Assembly: GCA_963664435.2 (NCBI GenBank) | Contig: CAXXKM010000003.1 | Span: 192,001-256,000, forward strand | DNA length: 64,000 nucleotides | Source: Longimicrobiales bacterium | GTDB lineage: Bacteria; Gemmatimonadota; Gemmatimonadetes; Longimicrobiales; Gaopeijiaceae | Direction: 5' to 3' | Shown: piece by piece, positions 28,598-38,940 of the stretch | How the letters are laid out: every line of letters begins with the position of its first letter | Numbering within the stretch: the stretch's first letter is position 1 | Notes under the pieces: model-generated | What the model was told of the DNA's origin: nothing | The model's database searches: none | The model's input: the letters and a program-made list of their open reading frames with translations, nothing else | Program-made: the position numbers and the translations under genes

Positions 28598-29461
28598 TCA
28601 GCCTGCGGGGCGCGTCTGTTCCGTCTCCGATCGGCGTCGCGCAACGGTTGAATGTACGATACGGTACGAGCGGTTGCGAGACACCCCGCACCGGGCGACC
28701 AGCTCCCGTACGGCCTCGCTCGGCCGCGCGCCCCCGGCCAGGAGTTCAACGGCCAGTTCGCGGGCGGCGGATTCGTCGGGTTCGTCCCCCGGAGAACGGT
28801 CCAGCACCAGCGTCACTTCCCCCCGGGGCGCGCGCTCTGCGAAATGGGCGCGGGCCTCGGCGAGGGTTCCTCGCACGAACTCCTCGTGCAATTTGGTCAT
28901 TTCGCGCGCCACCGCCACCCGGCGGTCGGGGCCGCACGCGTGCTCCAGGTCGATCAGGAGGCGGCAAAGCCGACCCGGGGCCTCGAAGAGCACGGTGGTT
29001 TCCCGCGAGTGAGCCACCCGCCGCACCAGAGCGCGCCGTTCCCGACCCTTGCGGGGCGCGAATCCGAGGAAGGCGAAACGGTTCGCCGGAAGCCCCGATC
29101 CCACCAGCGCGGCCAGGATCGCGGACGCCCCCGGCACCGGAACCACGTCGTGCCCGGCCTCCAGCGCGGCGTCCACGACGCGCGCGCCCGGATCCGAAAC
29201 CAGCGGGGTTCCGGCATCGCTCACCACGGCTGCATCCCGTCCCGACTCCAGGCACTGGAGCACGCTTCCCGCGCGCGCCGCTTCGTTGTGCCGATGCAGG
29301 GAGGTGAGCGGCGTCTCTACGCCGAGGTGCCGCAAGAGCTTCCCCGTCCTGCGCGTGTCTTCCGCGAAAATGCGCTCTACCTCCCCGAGCACATGGGCCG
29401 CACGCGCGGAGAGGTCGGAGAGGTTTCCGATGGGGGTGCTGACGAGGTAGAGGGTCGCCAC
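28598..29461 (-). CDS. rsmI: 16S rRNA C1402 2'-O-methyltransferase
   Basis: LYLVSTPIGNL.D, AEDTR, VSDAGTPLVSDPG, REMTKLHEE. Confidence 0.96.
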   Translation of the reverse strand: MATLYLVSTPIGNLSDLSARAAHVLGEVERIFAEDTRRTGKLLRHLGVETPLTSLHRHNEAARAGSVLQCLESGRDAAVVSDAGTPLVSDPGARVVDAALEAGHDVVPVPGASAILAALVGSGLPANRFAFLGFAPRKGRERRALVRRVAHSRETTVLFEAPGRLCRLLIDLEHACGPDRRVAVAREMTKLHEEFVRGTLAEARAHFAERAPRGEVTLVLDRSPGDEPDESAARELAVELLAGGARPSEAVRELVARCGVSRNRSYRIVHSTVARRRSETEQTRPAG

Positions 29462-29479
29462 CCCGCACGCGCCGCCGAA

Positions 29480-29809
29480 CTACAGGTGCGCCTCGATCTT
29501 CTCCTCGAGGTGAGCCCTCGGGACGGCACCGATCACGGTGTCGACGTGCCGGCCGTCCTTGAAGAAGAGAATGCTCGGGATCGAGCGGACCCCGAAGCGG
29601 GCGGAGGTGGCCGGGTTGGTATCCACGTCCACCTTCCCCACCGTCACCCCCCGTTCACCATATTCGTCTGCGAGCTGGTCGACGATGGGCGAGACGATGC
29701 GGCAGGGCCCGCACCAGGTCGCCCAGAAGTCCACCATCGCCAGTCCCTGACTGCTCTCTATGTCGTTTGCGAAGCTCTCGTCCGTAACCGTCAGAACTCG
29801 ATCGCTCAT
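29480..29809 (-). CDS. trxA: Thioredoxin
   Basis: VDFWATWCGPC, VRSIP; start MSDRV at 29809. Confidence 0.96.
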   Translation of the reverse strand: MSDRVLTVTDESFANDIESSQGLAMVDFWATWCGPCRIVSPIVDQLADEYGERGVTVGKVDVDTNPATSARFGVRSIPSILFFKDGRHVDTVIGAVPRAHLEEKIEAHL

Positions 29810-29926
29810 CCTGGCTGATCTCCTTGATCCCGGTCCCGGGTTGTTCGTACGATGGAAGCGGAAGTGCTGCATCGCCCTTCCCTGCTCCCCTGGTTTCCCC
29901 AAAGTATAACCGAATCCCGGCCGGTC

Positions 29927-30382
29927 ATGGAATCCGACCCCGCGGAGAGGCTCGTGGATCCCTCACCGAACCCGCTGCGCTACCCGGTGGACCACGTGGG
30001 CATCGCCGTCCACTCGATCGAGGAGGCGGCGGCGCTGTTCGAGAACCTGACGGGCGAGCGGGCCTCTCCTCGCCAATCCCTGCCCGACCATGGCATCGAC
30101 GTGTGCTTCATCGGCGCCGTGGAATTGCTCGAACCCCACGACCGGGGCGGCGCCGTCGCGAGGTTCCTCGAAGCCGGCGGCTCGAACCTTCATCACGTGG
30201 CGTTTCGGGTCGAGGACGTGCGCGTCGAGCTCGACCGTCTGACCGCGGCGGGATTCCGGCCCATCGACCGGGTTCCGAGGCCCGGCGCACACGGTGGACT
30301 GGTCGCGTTCCTCCACCCGAAGGGGACGGGCGGGGCGCTGGTGGAACTGGTCGAGCGCGCGCGGCCTCTCAACGCCCCGTGA
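29927..30382 (+). CDS. mce: Methylmalonyl-CoA epimerase-like VOC protein
   Basis: DHVGIAV, ELLEP, LHHVAF.V, GAHG..VAFLHPK.TGG.LVELVE. Confidence 0.8.
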   Translation: MESDPAERLVDPSPNPLRYPVDHVGIAVHSIEEAAALFENLTGERASPRQSLPDHGIDVCFIGAVELLEPHDRGGAVARFLEAGGSNLHHVAFRVEDVRVELDRLTAAGFRPIDRVPRPGAHGGLVAFLHPKGTGGALVELVERARPLNAP

Positions 30383-30884
30383 TCTTCTCCAGCTCGACGG
30401 ACTCCACCAGCCACCCCGACGAAGTTCGGATCACAAGCAGCCCGACATCGCGATGGATCCGTTCTCCGCGCCGCACCGCCACGGAGATCCGGGTGACGGG
30501 CCGATCCCGCCCGGGGACCTGCTCCGCGGAGGTCACTTCGTAGCCGTCGTGTCGCAGCACCGCCGCGATGGCGTGCATGCGCACCTCGACTTCCTGCCGG
30601 GTCGGGCAGCGGTCGGCGGCCCCCAGCCAGGACGCAACCCTGCGGAGTCCGCAGCCCAGCCCCCCGCCGGCATCGGCGATGGCGCCCCGGTGGGTTCCGA
30701 AGGCGTGCGCGAGCGCGTCGAGGTCCTGTCGGTTGGCCGCGTCCAGAAACCCTTCCGCGGCGCGCAGGGGACCGGGATCTTCCGCAGACGGCGGGAGCGG
30801 CGAACGGGTCGCGCACCCCGTGGCGAGCAAACCGGCCGCACAGCAGGCCAGGACTCCGCCGGCGCGCCGGATTCCCCCGCTCAT
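30369..30884 (-). CDS. Hypothetical lipoprotein (NTF2-like/DUF4878-like)
   Basis: Lipobox LATG-C; A..FL.A....D helix and terminal GWLV..V strand; ATGA overlap with the clpB stop. Confidence 0.65.
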   Translation of the reverse strand: MSGGIRRAGGVLACCAAGLLATGCATRSPLPPSAEDPGPLRAAEGFLDAANRQDLDALAHAFGTHRGAIADAGGGLGCGLRRVASWLGAADRCPTRQEVEVRMHAIAAVLRHDGYEVTSAEQVPGRDRPVTRISVAVRRGERIHRDVGLLVIRTSSGWLVESVELEKITGR

Positions 30885-33474
30885 GCCCGCTCGAGGGCCA
30901 CGACACCCGTGCCGACCGCGGGAACGACGCGAATGGTCGCGGACTTCCCGGCATCTTCCTCGAGCAGCGACATGGCAAGTGGATCCTGGATGAGACGCTG
31001 AATCACGCGCCGCAACGGACGCGCGCCGAACGCGGGCTCGTAGCCCTCCTTCGCGAGCAGCTCCCGGGCTTCGGGCGACACCTCGAGCGTGATGCCCAGT
31101 GCGCCGGCCAGCGTTTCCACCCGGGCGAGCTGCAGATCAACGATCGCGCGGATCGAGGCGCGGTCCAATGGGCGAAAGAGAACAATATCGTCCACCCTGT
31201 TCAGAAACTCGGGACGGAAGTGTCGCCGCATCTCCTGCGTGACCGTTGCCTCCACCTCTTCCCAGGGATCGGTTCCGGCGTGCCTCAGGATGTAGTGGCT
31301 GCCGAGGTTGGAGGTCATGATGATTACCGCGTTGCGGAAGTCGACGGTGCGCCCCTGGGAGTCGGTCAGGCGGCCGTCGTCGAGAATCTGCAGCAGGACG
31401 TTGAAGATGTCGGAGTGCGCCTTCTCGATTTCGTCGAACAGAATGATCGCGTGTGGACGCCGGCGCACCGCTTCGGTCAACTGGCCGCCTTCGTCGTAGC
31501 CCACGTAGCCGGGAGGCGCGCCCAGGAGCCGTGACACGGCGTGCTTCTCCATGTACTCCGACATGTCGAGACGCACCATCGCCCGCTCGTCGTCGAAGAG
31601 GAATTCGGCCAGCGCGCGCGCGGTTTCGGTCTTCCCCACCCCGGTCGGACCCAGGAAGATGAACGAGCCCACCGGCCGGTCGGGATCCTGGAGGCCGGCC
31701 CGTGAACGGCGTACCGCATTCGAGACGGCGGCAAGCGCCTCATCCTGTCCGATCACGCGCCCGCGCAGCAGCGTCTCGAGCCTGACCAGCCGGTCCCGCT
31801 CCGACTCCACCAGGCTCGCCACCGGAATCCCCGTCCACTCGGCCACCACCTCGGCGATGTCGTCGGCGTCCACCTCCTCCCGCAGCCAGGTTCCGCCCGC
31901 CTGCAGCTCCGCAAGCCGCTCCTCCGCCCGCCTGAGCGAGGTGCTGAGCGCCGGCAACTCGCCATAGTCGATCTCGGCCGCCCGCTGCAGGTTTCCGGTC
32001 CGCTTCGCGCGCTCCGATTCGGTGCGGCGCGCGTCCGCGTCCTCCTTTAGCGTCTTCAGCCGGTCGATGGCGTCCCGTTCCGCCTGCCACCCGGCCTTCA
32101 TGCTGGAGCTGCGTTCCCTGAGCTCGGCCAGCTCGATGCGGATGCGCTCCAGGCGTTCCCGCGCCGAGGGGTCGTCGTGCTCATCCTCAAGCGCCTGGCG
32201 CTCGATCTCGAGCTGGATGGCACGCCGTTCGACCTGGTCGATCTCGGTGGGCAGGGAGTCGATCTCGATCTGGAGCCGGCTGCCCGCCTCGTCCATGAGG
32301 TCGATCGCCTTGTCGGGCAGGAAGCGGCCGCCGATGTAGCGGTCGGACAGCCGCGCGGCCGCCACCAGGGCGTCGTCGCGGATGCGCACGCCGTGATGCA
32401 CCTCGTAGCGCTCCTTGAGGCCCCTCAGGATCGCGATCGTGTCGTCGACCGACGGCGGCGCCACGTACACGGGCTGGAAGCGCCGCTCCAGGGCAGCGTC
32501 CTTCTCGATATGCCTGCGGTACTCGTCGAGGGTGGTCGCCCCGACCATGCGCAGCGCGCCCCGCGCCAGCAGGGGCTTCATCATGTTACCGGCGTCCACC
32601 GCCCCTTCCGCCGCCCCGGCGCCCACGACCGTGTGCAGCTCGTCGACGAACATGACGAAGCGGCCCTCGGCATCGGTAATCTCCTTCAGCACCGCCTTCA
32701 TGCGCTCCTCGAACTCGCCGCGGTACCTGGCTCCGGCGAGCATGGCCGAAATGTCGAGGGAGAGGAAGGTCTTTTCGGCAAGCGCGGCGGGAACGTCGCC
32801 GGCCACGATGCGCTGGGCCAGGCCTTCGGCGATGGCGGTCTTCCCCACCCCGGGCTCGCCGATGAGCACGGGATTGTTCTTGGTGCGGCGCGCGAGCACC
32901 TTGATCACCCGGCGGATTTCGGCGTCCCGGCCGATGACCGGATCCAGCTTGCCCCGCCGCGCCAGCTCGGTGAGGTCGCGACTGTAGCGCGCGAGAGCCT
33001 GGTACCGGTCCTCCGGAGTCTGATCGGTGACCCGGTGGCTGCCGCGGACGGCCGACAGCGCCTCCAGCACCCGCTCCTCCGTGGCGCCCGCCCCCGCAGG
33101 ATTTCGCCCGCGTCGTCCTTCTCCACGGTGAGCCCGAGCAGGAGGTGCTCGGTCGACACGTAGTCGTCCCCGAGGTCCGCGGCGTGTCCCTCGGCCGCGG
33201 AGAACGCGCGGGCGAGATCGCGGCTGACGCGCGGCTCCGATCCCCCCGAGACGCGGCCGAGTCCGTCGATTGCGGCCCGCACCCGCGCGCCCACCGCGGC
33301 GGCGGGGACGCCGATCTTGTCCAGAATCGGCGTGACGATTCCCTCTTCCTGGCCAAGAAGGGCGTCGAGGAGGTGGATGCCGTAGACCTCCGCGCTCTCA
33401 CGCCGCGTGGCATCCACGAGTGCAGCCCGCAGCGCCTCGGCCGCCTTCACCGTCAAACGGTCGACTTCGATCAT
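30881..33474 (-). CDS. clpB: ATP-dependent disaggregase ClpB, split by a one-base frameshift at about 33091-33095
   Basis: Clp-N domain in ORF 32905-33474 (YVSTEHLLL); AAA-1 GEPGVGKT, coiled-coil M domain and AAA-2 GPTGVGKT in ORF 30881-33070; one extra G in a G5 run restores [16 protein letters not shown]. Confidence 0.93.
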
Positions 33475-33509
33475 CTGATGTTCCTTTTATCTCTGGTCAC
33501 GCAAGCTGT

Positions 33510-33553
33510 GTCTGCCATTTTGGCAGATCATGAGTCTGCCATTTTGGCAGACT
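33510..33553. promoter_or_regulatory. Tandem palindromic operator-like element upstream of clpB
   Basis: GTCTGCCATTTTGGCAGA at 33510-33527 and 33534-33551; each contains TCTGCCA-N3-TGGCAGA. Confidence 0.7.
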
Positions 33554-33758
33554 TCGATGCCGAAACCCCGCTCCATCCACCCGCGCAGGGGCTCTCGGGG
33601 CATCCGTCGTCCCTGTGAAATTCAAGTTTCGGACCATCCCACGAGGCCGCGGTGTAGCCAGTTCCAGCCGGCTCGGCGTCCGCCGCTCGCGCGCTTGACA
33701 AGCCGAGAAGACGCGATCCACGTTGCCCGGGTTCCGCGCAACCGTGGCTGGAGGCAGA

Positions 33759-35756
33759 ATGGCGACAGTCGACCCGGGGCCCCGCGGCGGGCTCCCTCCC
33801 CAGGCCTACGAGACCCTTCCCGGCGACCAGTACCGCCCGTACGTCGGCGCGCGCGAGCAAATCCTGGAGTTCACGCCCCGGGCGGTGCTGATCGGAGCCG
33901 TTCTGGGCATCGTGTTCGGGGCGGCCAACGCCTACCTGGGGCTGCGCGTCGGGCTCACGGTGAGCGCCTCGATTCCGGCCGCGGTCATGGCGGTGGCCAT
34001 CTTCCGCATCTGGGGCGGCACCATCCTCGAGTCCAACATGGTGCAGACGGTGGGGTCGGCGGGAGAATCCCTGGCCGCCGGAGTCATCTTCACCCTCCCC
34101 GCGCTCTTCCTCTGGGCGCGCGAGGATCCGGCCATCCTGGTCAGCGTCACCCAGATCACGGTGATCGCGCTCTTCGGCGGCATGCTGGGCGTGCTGTTCA
34201 TGATCCCCCTGCGCTCCTACCTCATTTCGCGCGAGCACGGCAAGCTGCCCTATCCCGAAGGCACCGCGTGCGCCGAGGTTCAGGTGGCGGGAGACGTGGG
34301 CGGCGGCAAGGCCCGCCTCCTCTTCGCCGGCCTCGGCGTCGGCGCCGTCTATCAGGCGCTGGCCAACCCCCGCGGGCTTTCGCTGTGGAACGAGTCGCCG
34401 TCTGCGCCTCTCCCGGCCAAGGCGCAGATCGGCGGAGACTTCACCCCCGAGCTGCTGGGCGTCGGGTTCATCATCGGACCGCGCATCGCCACCATCATGT
34501 TCTCGGGAAGCGCGCTGGCCTGGCTGGTGCTGATCCCGGTGATCAACGCCTGGGGCGGGAACGACGTGGTGTACCCGGGCACGGTTCCGATGGCGGAGCT
34601 GGGATCCGCGGAGATCTGGAGCAACTACATTCGCTACGTCGGGGCCGGCGCCGTGGCCTTCGGCGGCATCGCGACCCTCCTCAAGTCGCTGCCCACCATG
34701 ATCGAGAGCTTCAAGCTCGGGCTGGGCGGCATCGGCGGGGGTTGCGGGGCGACCTCGCGTACGCAGCGGGACCTGTCCATGCGCTTCGTCTTCACCCTCG
34801 CGCCGCTGCTGGCCTTGGCCCTCTGGCTCTGGCCGGGCGTCCCGGTGAACCTGCTGGGCGCGATCCTGATCGTGCTCTTCAGCTTCTTCTTCGTCACCGT
34901 CTCCTCGCGCATCGTGGGGCTCATCGGCTCTTCGTCCAACCCGGTGTCGGGGATGACCATCGCCGCCCTGCTGCTCACCTCGCTGATCTGGGTGGGGCTG
35001 GGGCTGAACGACGGTAGCGCCGCCTCCAAGGTCGCGGTGCTGGCGGTGGGCGCGGTGGTGTGCATCTCGGCGGCCATCGCGGGGGACACCTCGCAGGATC
35101 TCAAGACCGGGTTCCTCCTGGGAGCCACCCCGCGCTCGCAGCAGATCGGCGAGCTGATCGGGGTGATCACCAGCGCGGCGGTGATGGGCGGAGTGCTGAT
35201 CGTCCTCAATGAATCGTACGGCATCGGAGGCGCGGAGCTGGCGGCGCCCCAGGCGAACCTGATGAAGCTGGTGGTGGACGGCGTTCTGGCCGATACCCTG
35301 CCGTGGATGTTCGTCATCGTCGGCATGGCGCTGGCCGCCGTCGTCGAGTTCGGGCTCAGGCTGCCGTCGCTGGCGTTTGCCGTGGGCCTGTATCTGCCGG
35401 TTTCGCTGATGACCCCGATCTTCGTGGGGGGCATGATGCGGCGCGCGCTGACCCTTCGCTACGCGGGCCCGGACGGCGGCGGAGAGCGGCTGGCCGATCA
35501 GCGCGAGCGGGGCGTCCTGTTCGGCTCCGGTCTGATCGCCGGGGCGGCGCTGGTGGGGGTGCTGATCGGAGGCGCGATCTACGTGGTCACGCAGGTGACC
35601 GGCGATCCCTCGCGCGCCAGCCAGTGGATCGTGGGCCACGAGTGGTACGCGGGCCTCTTCCCCGGATTCTCCGAGCTGGTCGGCACGCTCATCTTCGTGG
35701 GGCTCTGCCTGCTCCTCTGGCGCGCGGCCAACAGCGGAAAGGCAGGTGAGGCATGA
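33759..35756 (+). CDS. OPT-family oligopeptide transporter
   Basis: ANAYLGLRVGLTVSASIPAAV, ESNMVQT..SAGES, YPEGTACAEV, SSNPVSGM, QDLKTG, APQANLM; SD GGAGG before ATG 33759. Confidence 0.95.
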   Translation: MATVDPGPRGGLPPQAYETLPGDQYRPYVGAREQILEFTPRAVLIGAVLGIVFGAANAYLGLRVGLTVSASIPAAVMAVAIFRIWGGTILESNMVQTVGSAGESLAAGVIFTLPALFLWAREDPAILVSVTQITVIALFGGMLGVLFMIPLRSYLISREHGKLPYPEGTACAEVQVAGDVGGGKARLLFAGLGVGAVYQALANPRGLSLWNESPSAPLPAKAQIGGDFTPELLGVGFIIGPRIATIMFSGSALAWLVLIPVINAWGGNDVVYPGTVPMAELGSAEIWSNYIRYVGAGAVAFGGIATLLKSLPTMIESFKLGLGGIGGGCGATSRTQRDLSMRFVFTLAPLLALALWLWPGVPVNLLGAILIVLFSFFFVTVSSRIVGLIGSSSNPVSGMTIAALLLTSLIWVGLGLNDGSAASKVAVLAVGAVVCISAAIAGDTSQDLKTGFLLGATPRSQQIGELIGVITSAAVMGGVLIVLNESYGIGGAELAAPQANLMKLVVDGVLADTLPWMFVIVGMALAAVVEFGLRLPSLAFAVGLYLPVSLMTPIFVGGMMRRALTLRYAGPDGGGERLADQRERGVLFGSGLIAGAALVGVLIGGAIYVVTQVTGDPSRASQWIVGHEWYAGLFPGFSELVGTLIFVGLCLLLWRAANSGKAGEA

Positions 35757-36103
35757 GAGGGATGACGGCGCGCGGCGTGGGCAACCTTCTGGGAGGCGGC
35801 CTGCTGTGTCTCCTGCTCGCGTGCGGTGGCGAACAGGCGCCCGAGGCGGCGGGGACGATCTCCCGCGACGCCTTCGTAGGCGCCTATGTGGAGTTGCGCC
35901 TGGCGGCGCTCCATTCACCCGATGGCCGGGTCAGTCCGGAGACGAAGGCGGAGATCCTGGAGGCGAAGGGGGTCACCGAGGCCGACCTGCTCGAGTACGT
36001 CGACGTCCACGGGGCCCAGGTGCAGTTCATGGTCGAGGTGTGGGCCGAGATCGACGATACCCTCCGGTCCCTGCGCACGGACGAGCCCGCCCCGGCGTCC
36101 TGA
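35753..36103 (+). CDS. Small lipoprotein (DUF4296-like)
   Basis: Lipobox LLA-C; helical IL...GVT..D....Y...W pattern; ATGA overlap with the OPT stop. Confidence 0.7.
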   Translation: MRGMTARGVGNLLGGGLLCLLLACGGEQAPEAAGTISRDAFVGAYVELRLAALHSPDGRVSPETKAEILEAKGVTEADLLEYVDVHGAQVQFMVEVWAEIDDTLRSLRTDEPAPAS

Positions 36104-36132
36104 CTCCTGCGGGCGCGGGATGCGCGTCCTCC

Positions 36133-37689
36133 TCACTCCCACTCGATGGTGGCCGGGGGCTTGGAGCTGACGTCGTAGGCCACGCGGTTCACCCCCGCGA
36201 CCTCGTTGATGATGCGGGTGGAGGCACGCGCGAGGACGTCCGGCGGAAACCGGTACCAGTCGGCTGTCATCCCGTCGCGCGAGGTCACGGCGCGCAGCGT
36301 CACCGCACAGTCGTAGGTGCGCGCGTCGCCCATCACGCCGACCGAGCGCACCGGCAGCAGCACCGCGAACGCCTGCCATATCTCGTCGTAGAGTCCGGCG
36401 GCACGGATCTCGTCCAGAAAGATGGCGTCCGCTTCGCGCAGCACCTCCAGCCGCTCCCCCGTGACCTCGCCCAGGATGCGCACGGCAAGGCCCGGTCCCG
36501 GGAAGGGATGGCGCGCCACGAACGCCTCGGGGAGGCCCAGCTCCCGCCCCACCCTGCGGACCTCGTCCTTGAAGAGTTCCCTGAGCGGCTCGATCAGCTC
36601 GAACGGCATGTCGTCCGGGAGCCCGCCCACGTTGTGATGGGTCTTGATCGTCGCGGACGGTCCCCGCACCGAGAGGGACTCGATGACGTCCGGGTAGAGC
36701 GTGCCCTGCACGAGCAGAGACACCTCCTTGCCGGCCTCGCGCGCCGTGCGCTCGAATACGCGGATGAAGATCTCGCCGATGATCCGGCGCTTGCGTTCGG
36801 GATCGTCAACCCCCGCCAACCCCGCCAGGAACTCCTCGCGCGCATCGGCGACCAGCAGTTCCATCCCCATGTGTCGGTGGAAGGTGCGCTCCACGCCCTC
36901 GCGTTCGCCTTTTCGGAGCAGCCCGTTGTCCACGAAGATGCAAGTCAGGCGGTCGCCGAGCGCCCGATGCACCAAGGTGGCCGCGACCGAGGAATCGACG
37001 CCCCCGGAAAGGCCACAGATGGCGGAGCGGCCTCCGGCCTGCTCGCGGATGGCGGCGATGCTCTCCTCGACGAACGCGCTCGCCGTCCAACTGGGACGGC
37101 AACCGGCGACGCGGAAGAGGAAGTTGGACAGCATCCGGTCCCCTTCCGGAGTGTGCGCGACTTCCGGATGAAACTGCACTCCGTAGATGGACCGGTCCTC
37201 GGCCCGGAACGCCGCCACCGGAAGGCCCTCCGTCGAAGCAACGACGCGGTACCCCTCCGGAGGCCGGTCCACATGATCGCCGTGGGAACACCACACCGTG
37301 ACGGGATCTGCATGCGCGAATCCCGCAAACAGGCCATCGGCTTCCGCCAGGCGCAGTTCGGCTCGCCCGTATTCGCGCTTGCCGCGCTCCACCCGTCCAC
37401 CCTCCAGCTCGGCGATCAGCTGCATGCCGTAGCAGATCCCCAGTACCGGAACATCCATGTGCAGCAGTTCGGGCTCCACCCCCGGGCCATCGTCCTCGTA
37501 GACCGATGACGGCCCGCCCGAGAGCACGATCGCGCTGGGCGCCCAGCTTCGTATCCACTCCAGCGACCGGGTCGGCGGGTGAATCTCGCAGAAGACCCGC
37601 TCCTCGCGGACGCGGCGCGCGATGAGCTGGGTGAACTGCGATCCGTAATCGAGGATCAGCACCCGGTCGCGCGGTTTGATGAAGGTCAT
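36133..37689 (-). CDS. guaA: GMP synthase (glutamine-hydrolysing)
   Basis: [42 protein letters not shown]. Confidence 0.98.
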   Translation of the reverse strand: MTFIKPRDRVLILDYGSQFTQLIARRVREERVFCEIHPPTRSLEWIRSWAPSAIVLSGGPSSVYEDDGPGVEPELLHMDVPVLGICYGMQLIAELEGGRVERGKREYGRAELRLAEADGLFAGFAHADPVTVWCSHGDHVDRPPEGYRVVASTEGLPVAAFRAEDRSIYGVQFHPEVAHTPEGDRMLSNFLFRVAGCRPSWTASAFVEESIAAIREQAGGRSAICGLSGGVDSSVAATLVHRALGDRLTCIFVDNGLLRKGEREGVERTFHRHMGMELLVADAREEFLAGLAGVDDPERKRRIIGEIFIRVFERTAREAGKEVSLLVQGTLYPDVIESLSVRGPSATIKTHHNVGGLPDDMPFELIEPLRELFKDEVRRVGRELGLPEAFVARHPFPGPGLAVRILGEVTGERLEVLREADAIFLDEIRAAGLYDEIWQAFAVLLPVRSVGVMGDARTYDCAVTLRAVTSRDGMTADWYRFPPDVLARASTRIINEVAGVNRVAYDVSSKPPATIEWE

Positions 37690-38939
37690 GACGGGATCCT
37701 CTCCCCGCGAACCAGGTCGGCGAAAGTCTCCCGCTCGCGGATCAGATGCAGTCCGCCGTCGGCAACCAGCACTTCCGCTGGACGCAGGCGGCTGTTGTAG
37801 TTCGAGGCCATGGCAAAACCGTAGGCTCCGGCGGTCCTCACCACCATCAAATCGCCTGCGGATGGTAGTTCGATAGCGCGGTCCCGCGCGAGAAAATCGC
37901 CGTCCTCGCACACGGGACCCACCACGTCGCTCACCACCACCGCAGCGCCCGGACGCGTGCGCACCGGCTCGATCTGGTGATAGCCGCCGTAGTGGCTGGG
38001 GCGCAGCAGCTCGGTCATGCCCCCGTCCGTGATTACGAAGGTCTTGTTCCCGGAGCGCTTCAGGTATAGCACGCGCACGATGAGCGTGCCGGCTTCACCG
38101 ACGATGAAGCGACCCGGTTCCAGGATCAGCCGGAGCCGGCGCTCGATCACGGCAGGGAGCACCGCCGAGGCGAGACGGGCGAGATCGATCTCGGGTTCGT
38201 CTCCGTAGGCGACCCCGAATCCGCCACCCAGATCGACGTATTCCAGCGGGATGCCCTCATCGGAAAGCGCTCGCTCCAGGGCAAGAAGCCCGCGTGCGGC
38301 GCGCTGATAGGGTTCGATGTCCACGATCTGCGACCCGATGTGAACCGCGATACCCGCCACCTGGAGCGGCGCCCGCGAGGCCGCGCGGCGATAGAGGTCC
38401 ATCACTTCGCCGACGGGAATGCCGAACTTGGTGCCGGCGTGCCCCGTGCGCGTGTACTCGTGAGGCGTGGGCGAGGCGATGTCGAGGTTCACGCGCAGCG
38501 CGATGCGGGCCCGGACACCCCGCCGGGCCGCGATTCGCTCAAGCAGGCGGAGCTCCTCCCGGCTCTCGACGTTGAAGCCGTAGATGCCCGCATCGAGCCC
38601 GGCGTCCAGCTCCTCCTCGCTCTTGCCCGCGCCGGCGAAGACGATCCGCTCCGCCGGAATCCCCGCCGCGAGCGCACGCGCCAGTTCGCCCCCGCTCACG
38701 ATGTCGGCGCCGGAACCGAGTCGGGCCAGGCGGTTGAGGAGCGCCAGGCTTCCGTTGGCCTTGACCGAGTACGCGACAAGCAGGCGGGCGCCCGGAAAGG
38801 CGGCCTTGAAGGTGCGGAATCTCTGTTCGAGCAGAGCGCCATCGTAGAGGTAGAGCGGGGTCCCGAAGCGAGCAGCGATGTCGTCGAGGGCGAACCGTCC
38901 GCAGTGGAGCACGCCACCCGAGCGAGCCAGGGGGGTCAC
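37686..38939 (-). CDS. lysA: Diaminopimelate decarboxylase
   Basis: [42 protein letters not shown]. Confidence 0.95.
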   Translation of the reverse strand: MTPLARSGGVLHCGRFALDDIAARFGTPLYLYDGALLEQRFRTFKAAFPGARLLVAYSVKANGSLALLNRLARLGSGADIVSGGELARALAAGIPAERIVFAGAGKSEEELDAGLDAGIYGFNVESREELRLLERIAARRGVRARIALRVNLDIASPTPHEYTRTGHAGTKFGIPVGEVMDLYRRAASRAPLQVAGIAVHIGSQIVDIEPYQRAARGLLALERALSDEGIPLEYVDLGGGFGVAYGDEPEIDLARLASAVLPAVIERRLRLILEPGRFIVGEAGTLIVRVLYLKRSGNKTFVITDGGMTELLRPSHYGGYHQIEPVRTRPGAAVVVSDVVGPVCEDGDFLARDRAIELPSAGDLMVVRTAGAYGFAMASNYNSRLRPAEVLVADGGLHLIRERETFADLVRGERIPS

Positions 38940-38940
38940 C

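Noticed and set aside
33500..33520. Sigma54 promoter for clpB (minus strand TGGCAGACACAGCTTGC)
   Set aside because: GG to GC spacing is 12, not the required 10
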